Virus record (IMG/VR): IMGVR_UViG_3300008267_000022
Span: 1-64,000 of that record
DNA: 64,000 bases
Source of the DNA: a virus
Strand: one strand, 5' to 3'
Each line of letters opens with the position of its first letter. Positions within the stretch are counted from its first letter, which is position 1. A model generated the notes under the pieces. The model did no database searches. It was not told where the DNA came from and saw nothing but the letters and a program-made list of their open reading frames with translations. The position numbers and the translations under genes are program-made. This document shows positions 59,932 through 64,000 of the stretch, piece after piece.

Positions 59932-60136
59932 TTAATTTTAATGCTTGAAGAGTTTCAAGTTTATCTTCAGCTTCAGCTAATTGAGCTACAAACTTATCCA
60001 TTTCTTCTAAATGTTGAGGATGTTCTCCAATACCAACTGAACTTGTAAAATAAATTGCTAATGTTGCTTTTGCTTCTGCAATTTGGGCTATGTATTTTGA
60101 CTCTAAAGCCTCATAGAGTAATTGTGTTTTGTCCAT
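59909..60136 (-). CDS. conserved phage protein (GIGEH motif; start MDKTQ)
   Basis: VGIGEHPQ; A-rich leader. Confidence 0.65.
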   Translation of the reverse strand: MDKTQLLYEALESKYIAQIAEAKATLAIYFTSSVGIGEHPQHLEEMDKFVAQLAEAEDKLETLQALKLIDPSTSI

Positions 60137-60141
60137 AATTT

Positions 60142-60552
60142 TTATTTTAAATAATCTTGTATTGTTTTTGAATCTTTTTCTTCCCATGGGTATACAATCC
60201 AATCATCTGAAAAGAATTTATTAGCTGAAAAATCTGGGTTGAAGTTAGATGTGTATGGTTTAAAATGTAAGCAGGCAAATATAGAGTGGGGGTATTTAAG
60301 AAAAAATTCTTTGAATGTTTCTCCACTATCACAAATATCATCTACAATCAAAACATTTTGTCGGGCTAATTCTTGGGTCATTGGGATGCCTAACTTATGT
60401 GAAAGCATTACAGCAGGTATAAGTCCTCCTCGTTGTAAACCAAATATGTACTCTATTTGGATTCCTGATTGTGCAATTTGTTGTGCTAAGAGATCAACTA
60501 GTTCTTCTATCTCTTCCCAGCTATAGAATAATTTAGATTTGGTGTCCACCAT
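60142..60552 (-). CDS. type I phosphoribosyltransferase
   Basis: RGGLIPA, LIVDDICDSGET, WIVYPWE. Confidence 0.88.
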   Translation of the reverse strand: MVDTKSKLFYSWEEIEELVDLLAQQIAQSGIQIEYIFGLQRGGLIPAVMLSHKLGIPMTQELARQNVLIVDDICDSGETFKEFFLKYPHSIFACLHFKPYTSNFNPDFSANKFFSDDWIVYPWEEKDSKTIQDYLK

Positions 60553-61231
60553 TATTAACTTTTAATGAATCAAAGAATTCTATACGAGCTTGGTTGCTAT
60601 TTTCCATAAACACACCGGATGCTTTAGTTGTAACCATTGAAGCACCTTGATGTTTTACGCCACGGCAAGATACACAATTGTGAGTTGCTACTACAGTCAC
60701 AATAACACCTTTATTACCTTCACATACTTTATCTACAGCATTATGAATAGCAGATGTTAATTGTTCTTGGATTGCTCCTCTACGACCAAATAATTCTACA
60801 ATTCTATTTAATTTAGATAAACCAATTACTTGTCCTTCTTTACCAACTACATAACCAATATGTACAACTCCTCCAATTGTTTGGTGATGATGGGAACACA
60901 TTGAAGTTAACGGAATGTTACGTTCAATAACAATACCATCATACCCATCTGAGGGGAATGAAGTAATATCTGACATGGCATTATAGCGGCCTGCAAATAA
61001 ATCAAATACATAAGCTTTAGCTACACGGCGAGGCGTTTCCATTGAGTTAGGGTCATTTTTCCAATCAACTCCTAAAGCATCTAAAAATTGTCCATAAGCT
61101 TTTTCAGCTTCATCTACCATATCCCATTTTTCTTTTTCAGTAAGGGGAAATCCAGGTGCAACTCCATTTGCAAAACCTACTTTAACACACTCTAGATCAG
61201 TGTGGTTTTTTCTACGTTTATTTTCTGTCAT
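60533..61231 (-). CDS. folE: GTP cyclohydrolase I
   Basis: TPRRVAK, CSHH, IGLSKL.R, QEQLT, HNCVSCRGV. Confidence 0.95.
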   Translation of the reverse strand: MTENKRRKNHTDLECVKVGFANGVAPGFPLTEKEKWDMVDEAEKAYGQFLDALGVDWKNDPNSMETPRRVAKAYVFDLFAGRYNAMSDITSFPSDGYDGIVIERNIPLTSMCSHHHQTIGGVVHIGYVVGKEGQVIGLSKLNRIVELFGRRGAIQEQLTSAIHNAVDKVCEGNKGVIVTVVATHNCVSCRGVKHQGASMVTTKASGVFMENSNQARIEFFDSLKVNNGGHQI

Positions 61232-61261
61232 ATAACTTTGAATTGTTTTTAGATGAATATA

Positions 61262-61284
61262 AAAAGGCCCCTTAAAGGGGCCAA
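61262..61284 (-). terminator. terminator overlapping a TTTG-type promoter
   Basis: GGCCCC-TTTAA-GGGGCC-TTTTT. Confidence 0.7.
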
Positions 61285-61311
61285 ATTATTTTTCAAAAAA
61301 CATTGATTTTT

Positions 61312-63786
61312 TTAGAATGGATCAACAGTTAATGTTGGGCTACCACCAGCAAAGAAGTTTGGTTGATTTACTGTTACAACAGATGAAGTATAAGTATAAA
61401 TCAATTGGGCTGGGCTGACGATGTTTCCTGAGTTATCTATTATTTGGGTAAATAATTTAAAATCATTATTTCTAGGGTCAGCGGAGTTAGCTATTAAGTT
61501 AGGGAACACCATATTAACATTATACCAATATGATTGGTAGCTATACCCTATGTTATAATTTACCCCTCCAGAATATGGCATAGAAGGTATAAGTGATGAT
61601 GAACATACTGTACCTCCTAAATTAGGTAAAATGGTCCAACCTGTAGGAGAACCAACGGATGGGACAAATGGGATAGTTTGGGCAGAATATAATGGTAAAG
61701 TTGCACCGAAAAATCCTCCTGATCCTGAATAGAATGTAGGTGCGGTTACTGATCCTGTTAGTAATCTAGTATTTCCCCAAGGTTGGGTGTATTTTGATGA
61801 GTTATTATTAGTTTGGGAAACAGTGTTAGGTGGAAGTGAAGCAAAGCTAGAAGAATTAAATGAATCTAAAATAGCAGTTGGGTGGCCTTTGTACTTATTA
61901 TACCCATAACAATCAGTACATCCACCAAAATTTAAACAATCCGCTACTTCAGGCATTGGTATTGTTATAGACCAGAATCCAGATGGATTGTTTTCAACAA
62001 ACACTATACTAGGATAAGCAGTTCTATGAATGTAAAATGTCAGGGGAACATTAGGATCACCACAAACACTGTTAGGAGTTACAGATCGAGGTACTATTAA
62101 CTTATACCCAGCATAATATCTGTAATTAGTACAATCTGTTACTATAGGGCCTACATTGTTAATTAGAATTGCTTCTTGATTTAATAATTCATTCTTATAA
62201 TGAAGATAATCAACAGCATTGTCAAAAGTCATATATATTTGACCTAAAACAGCTCCATTAGATGCAAATCCATTAGCAGGAACATTAGTTTTATCAAATG
62301 TTATAGTTGCTGGTTTAGGAATATCACATGCATTAGCTAAATATGTTGTAAATACGTTACACTGTGTTCCACCATCTAGAGAAATATAGTTCCAAGGGTG
62401 GTAGGTTTGATTAGGGCTACTTGAACCATAATAAGAAATATAATCTAAATCTGAAGAATATGCAAAGCATCCTGAAGCATTTACTATTAATCTTTGGTTA
62501 AGGCATGGGTTTTGTGATGCTAATACTCTGTCAAGGTTAATAGAGGTTATTTTTCTTGGTGGGTTGCTGTCAAATGTACAATCTTCACAATCAAATTTAT
62601 CCAAACATTGCATTTTTAATTGCCAACTTGTTTGTGGATTTGTTGGGTTTGGAGTAATTATAATTTCTAATTGGTCAGTAGCTGTTCTTTCTAATCCTGT
62701 TAAGCTAAGTACTCTTTTAAGACCACCACCATAATCTACTGATGTTTTAGGGTAAACACCACTTGTGAAAGATTGACTGTAGTATAAATTACTAGCTGTT
62801 ACTGCTGGGAATGCTAAATTTACATCACTTCCTATGTTTATGTTTTCTAAATAAATTGGCCCTGAATATAATGTTGGGTTAGTAGTAGCTGATGGGTTAC
62901 CAGATTTAAATTTAATGATTAAATTATCATAAATGTTATAACCAGTGAATTGGTAAGCAAAATGGATAGTAGATAATGATAAATCATAAGTTGCTGATAT
63001 AGGGGGAACGGCAACTCCATTACCAGTTGCTGTTAAGCTTACTTGGTGGGTATAAGGTAAAGGGAATGTTCCATTATCACATTTAAATGCTGAGACTACT
63101 GCTGTTTCAAAACAACTGTCAAATGGAATATTTACTCCATTACCTGATCCACTTACACTGCTATAAGTAGTTCCATTTATGATAACATCATGGATTATCC
63201 CTTCATAATTTCCTGCTACTACCATAGGAGCAGTATTAGCAGCTATAGTTAATGGGTGAGGGAATTGGTAATTAAAAGTAGAACCAAACCCTGTTGTAAT
63301 AGCTGGGGCTGAGTAGTCACCATTTAAGTACCATCCTATGACATAATCTGTAACTGTTCCGCATGTACTGATTAAGTTGCCAGCAATAATTCGTCCTACT
63401 GTAGTAGGATCATATGTATCAAATTCAATCCCACATTCAGTACACCAACTAGTGCAATCACTAATGTCAATGAGAGAATAACAACATTCAGTAGTAATAG
63501 CACCCGCAGCTATATCATCTGGGTTGAAGATTGAAGCTACACTCATTTGATTTACACATTGGTCTACTATTAATAGTTGTGTAGCATTGTTGGGAATACC
63601 ATTAACAGTATAAGGGCATGTTCCTGTTGGTGGAGGAAATAATGCTGATAACGGGATGTTAGTAGCTATAGGGGTAGTAAAACCATCAGCATTAGTGTAT
63701 ACTGAGAAACTACCTAATCCACCATTTGAAAGGTTAGTAGGGTCAAAGTTGGTTGATAGCGGGTCTAAACAGATAGTGTAGTTCAT
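61312..63786 (-). CDS. large Cys/Thr/Asn-rich protein, probably virion structural (tail or appendage)
   Basis: 824 aa; composition. Confidence 0.6.
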   Translation of the reverse strand: MNYTICLDPLSTNFDPTNLSNGGLGSFSVYTNADGFTTPIATNIPLSALFPPPTGTCPYTVNGIPNNATQLLIVDQCVNQMSVASIFNPDDIAAGAITTECCYSLIDISDCTSWCTECGIEFDTYDPTTVGRIIAGNLISTCGTVTDYVIGWYLNGDYSAPAITTGFGSTFNYQFPHPLTIAANTAPMVVAGNYEGIIHDVIINGTTYSSVSGSGNGVNIPFDSCFETAVVSAFKCDNGTFPLPYTHQVSLTATGNGVAVPPISATYDLSLSTIHFAYQFTGYNIYDNLIIKFKSGNPSATTNPTLYSGPIYLENINIGSDVNLAFPAVTASNLYYSQSFTSGVYPKTSVDYGGGLKRVLSLTGLERTATDQLEIIITPNPTNPQTSWQLKMQCLDKFDCEDCTFDSNPPRKITSINLDRVLASQNPCLNQRLIVNASGCFAYSSDLDYISYYGSSSPNQTYHPWNYISLDGGTQCNVFTTYLANACDIPKPATITFDKTNVPANGFASNGAVLGQIYMTFDNAVDYLHYKNELLNQEAILINNVGPIVTDCTNYRYYAGYKLIVPRSVTPNSVCGDPNVPLTFYIHRTAYPSIVFVENNPSGFWSITIPMPEVADCLNFGGCTDCYGYNKYKGHPTAILDSFNSSSFASLPPNTVSQTNNNSSKYTQPWGNTRLLTGSVTAPTFYSGSGGFFGATLPLYSAQTIPFVPSVGSPTGWTILPNLGGTVCSSSLIPSMPYSGGVNYNIGYSYQSYWYNVNMVFPNLIANSADPRNNDFKLFTQIIDNSGNIVSPAQLIYTYTSSVVTVNQPNFFAGGSPTLTVDPF

Positions 63787-63810
63787 GTTTTTGTTTTTTT
63801 ATTTTTTATA

Positions 63811-64000
63811 TTAACAATTATTGTGGTGGGTAGTAAGACCAACTTGCCAGTAAGTTGAACCACTACACGCTAATGTTTTAGTGTCATTACTTCCCGATGT
63901 TGTAATGTAATTTATTTCATCTACAATAGTCATAGGTTCTGATGGCGTCCAAGCTGTTGTCCATGCTTTAACTCCTAATTCTGAAGCTACATGGTCTATA
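63811..64000 (-). CDS. partial CDS entering from the right edge
   Basis: ...WQVGLTTHNNC* open frame. Confidence 0.55.
   Translation of the reverse strand, partial: IDHVASELGVKAWTTAWTPSEPMTIVDEINYITTSGSNDTKTLACSGSTYWQVGLTTHHNNC

Overview
AT-rich segment of a large tailed dsDNA phage (T4-like replication core). The host is probably Bacteroidota: leaders lack Shine-Dalgarno sites, promoters are TAnnTTT-type, and the ECF sigma is Bacteroidota-like. Essentially all real genes are on the minus strand. From right to left: a Cys-rich putative structural protein; folE, a PRTase and a MazG-like pyrophosphatase; family B DNA polymerase, sliding clamp, GroES/GroEL and clamp loader; putative head-packaged proteins sharing an AGII motif; a PD-(D/E)XK nuclease; a 14 kb glycan biosynthesis locus; and an RNA island (28.4-30.0 kb) in which 3 canonical tRNAs are packed among several non-canonical tRNA-like RNAs and a ~310 nt multi-hairpin RNA. 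Last comes a ~20 kb early-type region (3.6-23.6 kb) of small genes, about 40 of which carry their own copy of a bipartite GGA-N20/21-TCGTATATTT promoter plus a conserved leader. The strongest novelty candidates are the array of tRNA-scaffold RNAs, hairpin-flanked RNA segments antisense to the shared early leader, the promoter cassette system, and the AGII peptide tag. All calls come from reading the sequence by eye; no searches or folding programs were run.
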